From IMG/VR virus record IMGVR_UViG_3300037419_000894, positions 10,242 to 74,241 of that record: DNA of 64,000 bases; one strand, written 5' to 3'. Below, piece by piece: positions 55,807 to 63,616 of the stretch. Source of the DNA: a virus (Duplodnaviria; Caudoviricetes). The position numbers and the translations under genes were made by a program. The notes under the pieces were generated by a model that did not search any database, was not told where the DNA came from, and worked only from the letters and a program-made list of their open reading frames with translations. The stretch's first letter is position 1, and each line of letters starts with the position of its first letter.

Positions 55807-57272
55807 TATACCCCTCCAATCTTAACTTTGTGGTGAACGTGGTCAGCAGCAAGGACGCGATAACGGGTGTCGTCTGCTGCATGGTCTTCTGCGTCAGTAT
55901 CAACGTCGTCCGGATCGCGTTGGTCTCGCGGAATCGGGGGCACTGTACGGATCCAATCGCGGCATGTGTCAAATACGTACAAGCCTGGCTTGTCCTTCAA
56001 GTTGTGGTCAGTAACAGCTGAGAGGCGATCACGCATAAGCTCCCAACCGTTGTGGCGGCTACCAGGCTTCTTATCAGCCAGAGTCCAGAACACACCTTCA
56101 GACTCCATATTCTGGCCAATAGACGCATCGTCCGTAACGTTGTAGATTGCCGAGTCAGCTGGACCGAACTGTACGCGGCCTTCAATGCCCATTTGCCGTT
56201 CACGTGCAAGGATGCCAATTGCAACGTTCTTTGCGGTCATTCGGACACCTTCGTTCGGCTTGCCCGTGCAACCGTACCATTCCCCGATGCGGATGAGCGT
56301 CTTTGGCGGGAAGCTGCGGCTCGTACCATCTGCCATAACAGCGTCACTACCGTCGGTCTGCGCCCACCATCCCACGCTGAATGGTTTGCTTGAGCCCCAG
56401 TCAAACGATCTGTCAATGCGCCAAGTGTGTGGGATCTTAAATGGCTTCAGGATATGAGCACGCGCATCCCAAATATCGTCGAACATGCCACCTGACGTAA
56501 TATCCCAGCTACCCTCGAGCCACGCTTTCCGTTTGTTGATATCGGTAATGGACTGAAGCGTCTTAATGTAATCTGCACCAAGGAACGGATTCTCTTTAAC
56601 TGAGCCGAACAGTGCTACACGCTTGTTACCTTCCTCATCTGTGACCACACGCCCATAAGGGGCTGGGTCAATGAAGTATTGCTTCACCCAATTGTGGCCA
56701 ACGCCATACGGGTTTGTGGAGCTCCGAATGTGGCGCGGAATCATTGGTAGACGGTCGGTCGCTTGGAATGATGAGCGGTTGCACGACTTCATCGATTCGT
56801 AGCAGTTGATCGACGGCCAGCTAGTTAATTCTTCCCAACCGATGAACGGATATTCGTGGCCGTGGTAGGACCAGTAATCTTCTTCGTCTTCAAATGCACG
56901 GAGCAGGAGCTCTTCACCAGTGGGCCACACCCACTTAAGGCTTGAACTTCCTGCAAGAAAGCGAGGCTTCTGCGCTGATCGATTGAACCACCGTTTCGAC
57001 TTAGAGATAATATCATCCAAGTGCTTGTAGTTTCGTCGAAAAATAATGCCCCGCCAATAGTCCCCGTATCCTCGACCGCAATATTGAGCAAAGGCGAACA
57101 GCATGGAGTCCGTTTTACCCGGGCCGCGAGTACCTGCAAAGCAGACCTCACGGATAGGGCATTGCAGAAAAAGGCTCTGGCTTCCCGGCAGAGCTTTCCA
57201 AACGGGCGGAGGAAGTTCAATTTTCTTCCTTTCGGGTACAATTATCCCTCCGCTGCTGTTCTCCCAAAACAT
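55806..57272 (-). CDS. terL: terminase large subunit
   Basis: AGTRGPGKT Walker A, IGWEELT Walker B, STNPYG, SFDWGSSKPF, EDHAADDTRY. Confidence 0.93.
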   Translation of the reverse strand: MFWENSSGGIIVPERKKIELPPPVWKALPGSQSLFLQCPIREVCFAGTRGPGKTDSMLFAFAQYCGRGYGDYWRGIIFRRNYKHLDDIISKSKRWFNRSAQKPRFLAGSSSLKWVWPTGEELLLRAFEDEEDYWSYHGHEYPFIGWEELTSWPSINCYESMKSCNRSSFQATDRLPMIPRHIRSSTNPYGVGHNWVKQYFIDPAPYGRVVTDEEGNKRVALFGSVKENPFLGADYIKTLQSITDINKRKAWLEGSWDITSGGMFDDIWDARAHILKPFKIPHTWRIDRSFDWGSSKPFSVGWWAQTDGSDAVMADGTSRSFPPKTLIRIGEWYGCTGKPNEGVRMTAKNVAIGILARERQMGIEGRVQFGPADSAIYNVTDDASIGQNMESEGVFWTLADKKPGSRHNGWELMRDRLSAVTDHNLKDKPGLYVFDTCRDWIRTVPPIPRDQRDPDDVDTDAEDHAADDTRYRVLAADHVHHKVKIGGV

Positions 57273-57273
57273 A

Positions 57274-57828
57274 TTAGCCGATCTGTGCAACTTGTTCGGT
57301 CTTACCGCTCACAAGATCTTCTTGCTGTTTTGCAGCAGCAGCCTCCCACTCTTCGACGCTGCACACGCCCGGAACGACAAACACGCCGCCCATATTCAGG
57401 GGTTGGCCATCCGGACCAGTCATCTCGTTGATGGTCTTCTTTGGAGCGTTGAGCCCTTCCAGTTCAGCGAGCTTTGCAAATGCTGCAACACGCGCGCTGG
57501 CAGTAGCACCCGGCCCACGGTAATGAGCTTCGCGGATCAAACCGCGCCGGACCATATTACGCATCACGTCCGGATCGTCACCGGTCGCCTCCTTTTCCAG
57601 CTTCTGGATCTGCTGAAGCACATATGGGCAGTTCATGAATCGAACTGCGTACTCCTGTGCGTAGCTCTTGCCGTAACCAATACGGATTGCCGCCGCAAGA
57701 GCGTCGTAGTCCGACAGATACTCTTTAGCGAACAGGTCACGCAATGCCCGCTCGCGGTGCGTCAGCTGTTTTGCAATAGCGTCCGCTTCGCCTGGGTCAA
57801 AGAACTGATCTTCGTTAAAGTCCGGCAT
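57274..57828 (-). CDS. terS: terminase small subunit
   Basis: FAKEYL-x-DYD-x-x-x-AAIRIGY HTH; ARVAAFAKLAEL; precedes terL. Confidence 0.85.
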   Translation of the reverse strand: MPDFNEDQFFDPGEADAIAKQLTHRERALRDLFAKEYLSDYDALAAAIRIGYGKSYAQEYAVRFMNCPYVLQQIQKLEKEATGDDPDVMRNMVRRGLIREAHYRGPGATASARVAAFAKLAELEGLNAPKKTINEMTGPDGQPLNMGGVFVVPGVCSVEEWEAAAAKQQEDLVSGKTEQVAQIG

Positions 57829-57863
57829 GGATTACTCCAGTGATTCATTTACAGTTACACTGG

Positions 57864-57893
57864 AGTATATTGCGGATGCGTGGCTGTGGTCAA
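57864..57893 (-). promoter_or_regulatory. sigma70-like promoter for terminase genes
   Basis: TTGACC-18 nt-TATACT on - strand; the -35 overlaps a motif variant TGACCACAG. Confidence 0.65.
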
Positions 57894-58037
57894 GCTTTAT
57901 TTATGCTTGAGCATTGGGAGGTGCGCTAAACATCGCGGGCAAGGGGTGTATTTGCGCAGGCAAGCGCGTTGTGCGGGGTAGGTGGTGGTAGGTGCAGCTA
58001 GGTGAGCGCTGCACCCTGTAGCACGTTTAAATAAGTG

Positions 58038-58421
58038 TCAGCGCCACTCGCCAATATGCCAGAAATCGATATTTTGTCGAGTCTTTAAGATCTCCAGCAC
58101 ATCATTGAGCAGCTCTTGCTGACGAGCAGACCTCGGTCCAGTGTGTAACTGAATGACATGGAGGTTATCTAAGCCCTGTACCTGATCCCATAACCACACA
58201 TATCTGGCGACAATACCGGTCACCTTGCGAAAATCGTCTGCAAAACGGCTGCTGTCTGCCAAAATAATGACCCGTTTGTCCATCGTCAGGGTTTTCAACA
58301 CCCGCAGCATGGTCTGCACGTCGCCCGGCTCTGCTATTCGCGGTTGCCCTTGACGTGGGCGGCGCAGCGTTTCCTCGATTAGTGCACGCAGCACCGACAC
58401 AGCTCTAGTAAGTGCCATCAT
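58038..58421 (-). CDS. hypothetical protein
   Basis: ATG at 58421/58418 with GGGA RBS, overlapping VRR-NUC end. Confidence 0.55.
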   Translation of the reverse strand: MMALTRAVSVLRALIEETLRRPRQGQPRIAEPGDVQTMLRVLKTLTMDKRVIILADSSRFADDFRKVTGIVARYVWLWDQVQGLDNLHVIQLHTGPRSARQQELLNDVLEILKTRQNIDFWHIGEWR

Positions 58422-58800
58422 CGTTCCCCATGTACCAAGCGATATATTGAGCAGCAGACTCCCAACCGTAGCCAACTATGTAGAGATATCCATTGTTCTT
58501 AACAAACTGCCCAAATTCCGCCTGTTTTTCAGACTCTCGTCCCCTCTTAGGCTCCTTCATCTCGATAAAGAAGCCAAGGTAACCCCGACGTGCAACTGGA
58601 AGCATGATGTCCGATACACCGGACTTCACGCCTTCTGCTTTCAGACGCGACGCTACGACCTTGTTACGCTCACCCCCGTTAGGAATGGCAAACATCCACT
58701 CCAGTTCGGGCCATTTTTCGCGGTTATTTGCCGCCCAGCAGAACAGAGCGCATTGGTGCGCATGCTCAGTCCCTGCTTTTGCGAGGTTAACTGGATCCAT
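58405..58800 (-). CDS. VRR-NUC family nuclease
   Basis: EHAHQ, FAIPNGGER, KAEGVKSGVSDI, FIEMK, SEKQ-x-x-F. Confidence 0.85.
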   Translation of the reverse strand: MDPVNLAKAGTEHAHQCALFCWAANNREKWPELEWMFAIPNGGERNKVVASRLKAEGVKSGVSDIMLPVARRGYLGFFIEMKEPKRGRESEKQAEFGQFVKNNGYLYIVGYGWESAAQYIAWYMGNDDGTY

Positions 58801-59054
58801 TATCGTACCTTGTCTTGCGGAATTACAATTTTGACATCTCCGCCGACAATTTCACGCTTGTGCTTGCCCCCATCTATGACAGGTCTACCGTTGTCGTTAA
58901 ACAAGTAACGAACGATGTAACAATGTTCGTCGTCAGCAGTCACACAATGCTTTTGCTTGACGCCGTCCAGATAAACTTCCGCATGCACAGCATAGAGAAG
59001 ATTAAAGTGAGTCTCGTACAGAGGGTCAGCTTTGTCTACGGTCAAGTGTGCCAT
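58800..59054 (-). CDS. hypothetical protein
   Basis: TAATG coupling; VYLDG...VTADDE. Confidence 0.6.
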   Translation of the reverse strand: MAHLTVDKADPLYETHFNLLYAVHAEVYLDGVKQKHCVTADDEHCYIVRYLFNDNGRPVIDGGKHKREIVGGDVKIVIPQDKVR

Positions 59055-59558
59055 TTAGTTCTCCAATTCATCCCATTTAACGTCCTGCATTCGCTTTGTC
59101 ATGCCCTTTTCAAGCATAAGGTGCATTGCGTAGTCGTGGCAGACAAAGAAGTCCTCCATCTGACCTGTTTCTTCGTTCTTACGCGACACAATACCGAAGT
59201 TCTCACGCTTGATGTCTGTAAAGAAGGCTGGGATTTTAGGAGGCCACTCTCCCTTACCGGGTCGACGCGTCTTTTCCATGATGAGAAGTCGACCATCTTG
59301 AGAAATGTACCGAGCACGAGCAAACCAGCAGTCAAAGGAAGTGCCCTTAATCGTGAGCCAGAGCTCCCACTCGATCACATTGTCAAAACGGTAGATCTCG
59401 TTTTGAATTTTGACCACACAACCTTCGACGAGGAAGCATTCGTAGACCGTTCGGCTGCTTCCATAAGCAATCGGGTTGTCGCAGATGAGCAATTTGAGTG
59501 CGCATTCTGCAACCTTGTGCTCATCGCGGATACGCGGGTAGTTGTACTGAGGAATCAT
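59055..59558 (-). CDS. minimal protein-kinase-like protein
   Basis: GSSRTVY (Gly loop), VVK, N-x-x-E, LIME, DIKRENFG (catalytic loop), HDYA (DFG-equivalent). Confidence 0.7.
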   Translation of the reverse strand: MIPQYNYPRIRDEHKVAECALKLLICDNPIAYGSSRTVYECFLVEGCVVKIQNEIYRFDNVIEWELWLTIKGTSFDCWFARARYISQDGRLLIMEKTRRPGKGEWPPKIPAFFTDIKRENFGIVSRKNEETGQMEDFFVCHDYAMHLMLEKGMTKRMQDVKWDELEN

Positions 59559-59758
59559 CACATCTCCCATTTGCGCCAGCACAGTGACAGAGCTTCTGTG
59601 ACGCTGAAGCCATTGTCCTTGCAGGCTTTGAATTTTACAAACATCTGTCTGGCTTGGTAGTCAAACAGTGCGGCTTGCAGCTTCCAGTCAGTGTTCCGCA
59701 AAGCTGAAAGCGCGTTCGCGCGCAGGCGCTCTTGTTCGTCTGGTGTAGGTGTGGTCAT
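59558..59758 (-). CDS. hypothetical protein
   Basis: GGAGG RBS; overlaps neighbours. Confidence 0.55.
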   Translation of the reverse strand: MTTPTPDEQERLRANALSALRNTDWKLQAALFDYQARQMFVKFKACKDNGFSVTEALSLCWRKWEM

Positions 59759-60045
59759 TGCTTTTCCTCCAATTCGCGGATCCGAGCTTCCGCCGCTTTA
59801 AGTTTCTCTACAAGATCCCTCGTTGTCAGCACCATTGCGTCGATGTGATGCGATTTACGGCGGATGGTGCCGTCGTAGGTGGCGATTTCGCGTTGCCAAG
59901 CGTTCGCGTACATGTCGGCACAAGCATTTGCGCTTTTGACCTCCCTTTCAAGCTGCGCAATCCTTGACCGGAATTCAGTTTGCTCCCGCATGACCTCCCG
60001 TTCAACGATGTCAAACGGGCACAGCGGTAGAAGTATGCGTTTCAT
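59755..60045 (-). CDS. hypothetical coiled-coil protein
   Basis: ATGA overlaps; ADMYANAWQREI motif. Confidence 0.55.
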   Translation of the reverse strand: MKRILLPLCPFDIVEREVMREQTEFRSRIAQLEREVKSANACADMYANAWQREIATYDGTIRRKSHHIDAMVLTTRDLVEKLKAAEARIRELEEKQ

Positions 60046-60242
60046 TGCCCCATCCCCATTGCAACCTCGAACCCGACAGCAATTATAGCGAGCGCAGCGG
60101 GTGCACCATGGGCAGTTACCAACCCCCGCAAGCGCTCCCGCAACTGCTCAATCTGCTGCCGCTCCCATGTCTCGTACTGCGCAAAGTCGGCTTCAAGCCG
60201 TGCCAAGCTTTGCGCAGCGGCGGTTTTAGCGTCTTGGTCCAT
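60042..60242 (-). CDS. hypothetical protein
   Basis: ATG 60242 with AGGT RBS, in frame with listed ORF 60042..60314. Confidence 0.5.
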   Translation of the reverse strand: MDQDAKTAAAQSLARLEADFAQYETWERQQIEQLRERLRGLVTAHGAPAALAIIAVGFEVAMGMGQ

Positions 60243-60423
60243 TTGCCACCTGTACCGGACCTTTTCGAACTGATGCCAGCGGCGCCCATGCGACGAAAAA
60301 CTCGCCGAGTCCACCTTGCCAGCGCCCGCGAACCTGCATCTTGCCGATAGTCAACAGCATGAGAGTATCGTTGCGAACCTCGCGCGGAGGGACGGTAAAG
60401 CACCATTCTTGTTCTTTGGACAT
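60226..60423 (-). CDS. hypothetical protein
   Basis: AGGAG RBS; FFVAWAPL terminus typical of small phage proteins. Confidence 0.5.
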   Translation of the reverse strand: MSKEQEWCFTVPPREVRNDTLMLLTIGKMQVRGRWQGGLGEFFVAWAPLASVRKGPVQVANGPRR

Positions 60424-60441
60424 CCCTGTCTCCTTGTGTTG

Positions 60442-61236
60442 TTATACTGCGACCGGCGCTTTGATGGCTGGATGCGGGTAGTAGTCGTAAAAGAAGAAGT
60501 CCTCGTATTTGTAGCCGAAGATTGAGTCAGGCTTGCGTCGGATTTCCAACGTTGGCAGATTTCTCGGTTCGCGCGACAATTGAACCTCTACCTGATCCAT
60601 GTGGTTGGAGTAGATATGGCAGTCGCCACCGGTCCAGATAAACTCGCCCACTTCCAGACCTGCCTGCTGGGCCATCATGTGTGTCAGCAGGGCATAGGAA
60701 GCGATGTTGAACGGCACGCCCAGGAAGATGTCGGCGCTGCGCTGATACAGCTGGCAGGACAGTTTACCGTCGGCGACGTAGAACTGGAACAGGGCGTGGC
60801 ACGGCGGCAGCTTCATATTCGGAATGTCCGCAACGTTCCAGGCCGACACGATCATGCGGCGCGAGTCCGGATTGTTTTTGATCTGGGTCAATACTTCAGC
60901 GATTTGGTCGATATGCTCGCCGGAGGGCGTCGGCCAGCTGCGCCACTGAAAACCGTAGATCGGGCCTAGGTAGCCTTCTTTGTCCGCCCATTCGTCCCAA
61001 ATCTTGACGCCGTTGTCTTGCAGATACTTGACGTTCGTATCGCCGCTGAGAAACCAGAGCAGTTCATGGATGATGGATTTCAGGTGCAGCTTCTTTGTGG
61101 TCACCAGTGGGAAGCCGTCTTGCAAGTTGAAGCGCATCTGGTAGCCGAACACGGAGCGCGTACCGGTGCCGGTGCGGTCGGTCTTGACCACACCATGTGA
61201 ATGGACGAACGCCATAAAATCGAGGTATTGTTTCAT
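60442..61236 (-). CDS. thyA: thymidylate synthase
   Basis: [59 protein letters not shown]. Confidence 0.97.
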   Translation of the reverse strand: MKQYLDFMAFVHSHGVVKTDRTGTGTRSVFGYQMRFNLQDGFPLVTTKKLHLKSIIHELLWFLSGDTNVKYLQDNGVKIWDEWADKEGYLGPIYGFQWRSWPTPSGEHIDQIAEVLTQIKNNPDSRRMIVSAWNVADIPNMKLPPCHALFQFYVADGKLSCQLYQRSADIFLGVPFNIASYALLTHMMAQQAGLEVGEFIWTGGDCHIYSNHMDQVEVQLSREPRNLPTLEIRRKPDSIFGYKYEDFFFYDYYPHPAIKAPVAV

Positions 61237-61254
61237 GATTGTTCCTGTGGTAGG

Positions 61255-61530
61255 TTAGCTGATGATGTCAAGACCGCTATGCGTGCGGTCATTATGCTTG
61301 ACTTCAACAATGCGGGTAAGTTCACCGGGCTCGAGCCATGCGTAACCTGAGCACATGAGATCAGGCTTGCACTTATCTTCAAGCCTGCCTGTGGTAGACC
61401 TACTACGAGTGTCCACACTCACATCACCGCGCACGCGGCGGTTCAGCTTGGTCTCAATGAGCTTCTTCAGTGCTTGCTGAATTTCGTCGTGGGTGAGTAC
61501 GACTTTATCGTAAGACTGTTCTAGTTGCAT
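61255..61530 (-). CDS. hypothetical protein
   Basis: AGGAG RBS, 91 aa. Confidence 0.55.
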   Translation of the reverse strand: MQLEQSYDKVVLTHDEIQQALKKLIETKLNRRVRGDVSVDTRSRSTTGRLEDKCKPDLMCSGYAWLEPGELTRIVEVKHNDRTHSGLDIIS

Positions 61531-61536
61531 GATAAG

Positions 61537-61818
61537 TTACTCCTGTGGTGGTAATGGATTGAAAGGAATGCCTGCCAATTCGCGGACGACCGAAATGTGC
61601 CACTGCGTTACATCCATGACACGCATGAGTAATGTGCTCGTCAGTGGATCTTTACGATTGATAACGCGGCTCAGTTGACCGTGGTCGATGTCAAGTACCA
61701 GCGCAGCCTTGTACAGGCTCTTGACGCCGAGGCTTTTCCGGACGGTTTCGAATAGGCGCTCGGGCGTGTATGTTGGCGAATTCACGTCGATATTCAGGTT
61801 GTTCACACGAGAGCCCAT
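61537..61818 (-). CDS. XRE-like HTH protein
   Basis: LFETVRKSLGVKS...AALVLDIDHGQLSRVINRKDPL HTH pattern. Confidence 0.65.
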   Translation of the reverse strand: MGSRVNNLNIDVNSPTYTPERLFETVRKSLGVKSLYKAALVLDIDHGQLSRVINRKDPLTSTLLMRVMDVTQWHISVVRELAGIPFNPLPPQE

Positions 61819-61820
61819 GG

Positions 61821-62354
61821 TTAGCCTCTCCAGGCAGTTTCAGCTGCGAGCTTTTTGTCCAATTCAGTTGCGTCGCTTGGGACGTGTGCAACAACCGAGC
61901 GCGGGGTGTACGGAAAAGTGATGAATTGGCGGCTGTAGCGCCCGATGAAACGGCCACCGTTCGGCTCTTCAAAGATAACAGCCTGTGAATCATAAGCAGG
62001 CCCGTCAACCGAATCTTTAAAGACGTGGGAGCAGCGGCGGTTCTGCCACATGCCGTTGCACACCTCAACCCACTCGCTAGCGCCACCCGTGATAGGACCA
62101 AGTGGATCAAAATTTGCAGCCTTGCGGAACAACTCGATAGCGAAGGGGGCGGAACTCCCGCTGTGACCTTGAGTTGCGAACACGCGCACAAGATCAAGGA
62201 CGTTATGTGCAATCCAGTTGTTTGGTCCAGTCTCTTTGAAATTGCCCAGCACGGTAAACTCGTTGACCGTGTGACGCACCAAGTTACCGTCGCGACCGCG
62301 GATGATTTGGTAGGCCAGGCGGATGCGCTGTTTCAGCTCTTGCAGATGTTTCAT
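61821..62354 (-). CDS. conserved phage hypothetical protein
   Basis: QGHSGSSAPF...PLGPITG-x-x-x-EW...QN-x-RCS-x-VFK motif recurrent in phages. Confidence 0.7.
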   Translation of the reverse strand: MKHLQELKQRIRLAYQIIRGRDGNLVRHTVNEFTVLGNFKETGPNNWIAHNVLDLVRVFATQGHSGSSAPFAIELFRKAANFDPLGPITGGASEWVEVCNGMWQNRRCSHVFKDSVDGPAYDSQAVIFEEPNGGRFIGRYSRQFITFPYTPRSVVAHVPSDATELDKKLAAETAWRG

Positions 62355-62536
62355 TATTCTTCCTTTGTGGTGAGGGATTTAAGGTGCGCGTCTAAGGTGC
62401 GTTGTGCGCGCCGATGCTCAATGTGCTCCAAAATACGGACAACTGCAATGAGTACGCCGCAGATGATGCCCGTTAGGAGTATGACGAAGCCTAACGGGTC
62501 GTCGCGGATTTGTTGAAGGAAGTACATGGTGACCAC
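62354..62536 (-). CDS. small membrane protein
   Basis: single hydrophobic helix; TAATG coupling to next gene. Confidence 0.55.
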   Translation of the reverse strand: MVTMYFLQQIRDDPLGFVILLTGIICGVLIAVVRILEHIEHRRAQRTLDAHLKSLTTKEE

Positions 62537-62545
62537 ACTCCGTGA

Positions 62546-63172
62546 TTACGGGTGGTTCTTGGCGTAGCGACGGATAGCTGTGCGCATTTGGTCCAAACTG
62601 ATGCCTAGCTTACAAGCCTTGGTCTGCATGTCGTGGCTTTTTACACGTTTGTAAGAAACGATAGTATTGTATTCTCGGGCGTTGGCAGGCAAGATTGAGC
62701 CGTCTTTGATTGGGCCAGTGCAGACTGAACGGTCATAGGCTTCGGTCTCGCGATAATATTCCGCAACCAACTCATCAGCCTTTTGATCGAGCGGGTCTAC
62801 AACAAACTCGCCAAAGAGTTCTTTGCGCAGTGCGAGCGGAGGGAGGTCAAGAAGTTTAAAGTGATCTTTGACCCAATTGTCTGGAGTGGGATTGCTAACG
62901 ATGATTATTCCAGCGTCGTCGCGCAAAGGCCCTTCGCCAACCGCACCGTAATGCTTCTCAACCAGCTTGGCACCAATGCTCGCCATTAGGTGCTCAGTTT
63001 GCTTGCGCTGGCGCTCTTTAAGCCAGTTGCGCAGCTTCTCACACAAGTTGACCACACTCATGGAGATGAGGAGCAGGGCTATAGCGCCCGCGGAGAAGAG
63101 TAAGGCGAGGAGGAGTTTGGCGTGGGAATCGTTGCTGAAGGCTTGTGCAGCTGCGAGGGCAAGTTCGTGCAT
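62546..63172 (-). CDS. membrane-anchored hypothetical protein
   Basis: GGAG RBS; N-terminal TM segment; 208 aa. Confidence 0.6.
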   Translation of the reverse strand: MHELALAAAQAFSNDSHAKLLLALLFSAGAIALLLISMSVVNLCEKLRNWLKERQRKQTEHLMASIGAKLVEKHYGAVGEGPLRDDAGIIIVSNPTPDNWVKDHFKLLDLPPLALRKELFGEFVVDPLDQKADELVAEYYRETEAYDRSVCTGPIKDGSILPANAREYNTIVSYKRVKSHDMQTKACKLGISLDQMRTAIRRYAKNHP

Positions 63173-63210
63173 GTGAGACTCCGGTACTGGTTATTGTTGC
63201 TGTTATTAAG

Positions 63211-63284
63211 CCTCTAGGAGAGGATTCGAACCTCGTGGTGTGAGACCCATGTTCTCACCGCATCCCATGCTCTGCCACCTAGAG
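63211..63284 (-). ncRNA. tRNA-like RNA with non-canonical anticodon arm, no CCA
   Basis: acceptor CTCTAGG/CCTAGAG, D arm GCAG...TGC, GAGG-TTCGAAT-CCTC T arm; anticodon stem GTGAGA/TCTCAC with loop ACATGGG. Confidence 0.6.
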
Positions 63285-63386
63285 TAGTTCGGTTGGTTGT
63301 TCACCACTCCGTTCCCAGCTTGCCCCACCACAGAGCGCAATCTTGCTACTGCTGTGCTTTACTACTTAGCCCGAAGGGCTAGTGTC

Positions 63387-63493
63387 TGGCGCCCCTTGCA
63401 GGATTCGAACCTGCCTCTCCCGGCAAACCAAGGCTCACGAAGCGGGATTACGTGAGCTAGGGTCGAGCGTTATGTCCAGTCTACTATTAGGGC
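63387..63493 (-). ncRNA. tRNA-like RNA (107 nt) with 32-nt hairpin insertion in the anticodon loop
   Basis: GCAGG-TTCGAAT-CCTGC T arm, encoded CCA, GG-containing D loop; anticodon loop expanded to 39 nt. Confidence 0.6.
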
Positions 63494-63500
63494 TTTATTC

Positions 63501-63576
63501 TGGTTGTAGAGGCTGGAATCGAACCAGCGACGCACAGATTTTCAGTCTGCCGCTCTACCGACTGAGCTACTCCACA
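63501..63576 (-). tRNA. tRNA-Phe(GAA)
   Basis: 76-nt cloverleaf: TGTGGAG/CTCTACA acceptor, GCTC/GAGC D stem, loop CTGAAAA, GCTGG-TTCGATT-CCAGC, encoded CCA. Confidence 0.93.
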
Positions 63577-63616
63577 CTTGTACTTCTTATGACCACACTC
63601 CACTAGTGGTACGGGT

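Larger units (their letters stand above)
796..63598. repeat. dispersed 9-bp motif TGACCACAC/GTGTGGTCA, at least 41 exact copies
   Basis: TGACCACAC starts at 3758, 4045, 12611, 15908, 17960, 19009, 26164, 26678, 28204, 30805, 32828, 33399, 34510, 37884, 40097, 44702, 46398, 47282, 49418, 53891, 55209, 56642, 59411, 61185, 62530, 63049, 63590. GTGTGGTCA starts at 796, 1185, 2124, 3642, 5250, 7452, 15998, 28371, 31348, 33785, 37545, 43295, 46907, 59749. Manual count, a lower bound. Confidence 0.9.

Noticed and set aside
63211-63284. Call as functional tRNA-His or tRNA-Met
   Set aside because: Anticodon loop lacks the Y32-U33 signature, the register is ambiguous, and no CCA is encoded.
63285-63386. 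Possible additional structured RNA and TAGCCC-GAA-GGGCTA hairpin between the two tRNA-like elements
   Set aside because: Only short helices and no T tract on the - strand; cannot be distinguished from spacer structure by eye.
63387-63493. Amber stop-codon reassignment via a CTA suppressor tRNA
   Set aside because: Genes such as folE and dpdA end normally at TAG, ORFs are intact under the standard code, and the RNA lacks U33.
796-63598. 9-bp motif as a CRISPR-like array or a codon/peptide artefact
   Set aside because: Copies are irregularly dispersed, on both strands, in three reading frames and in intergenic DNA.
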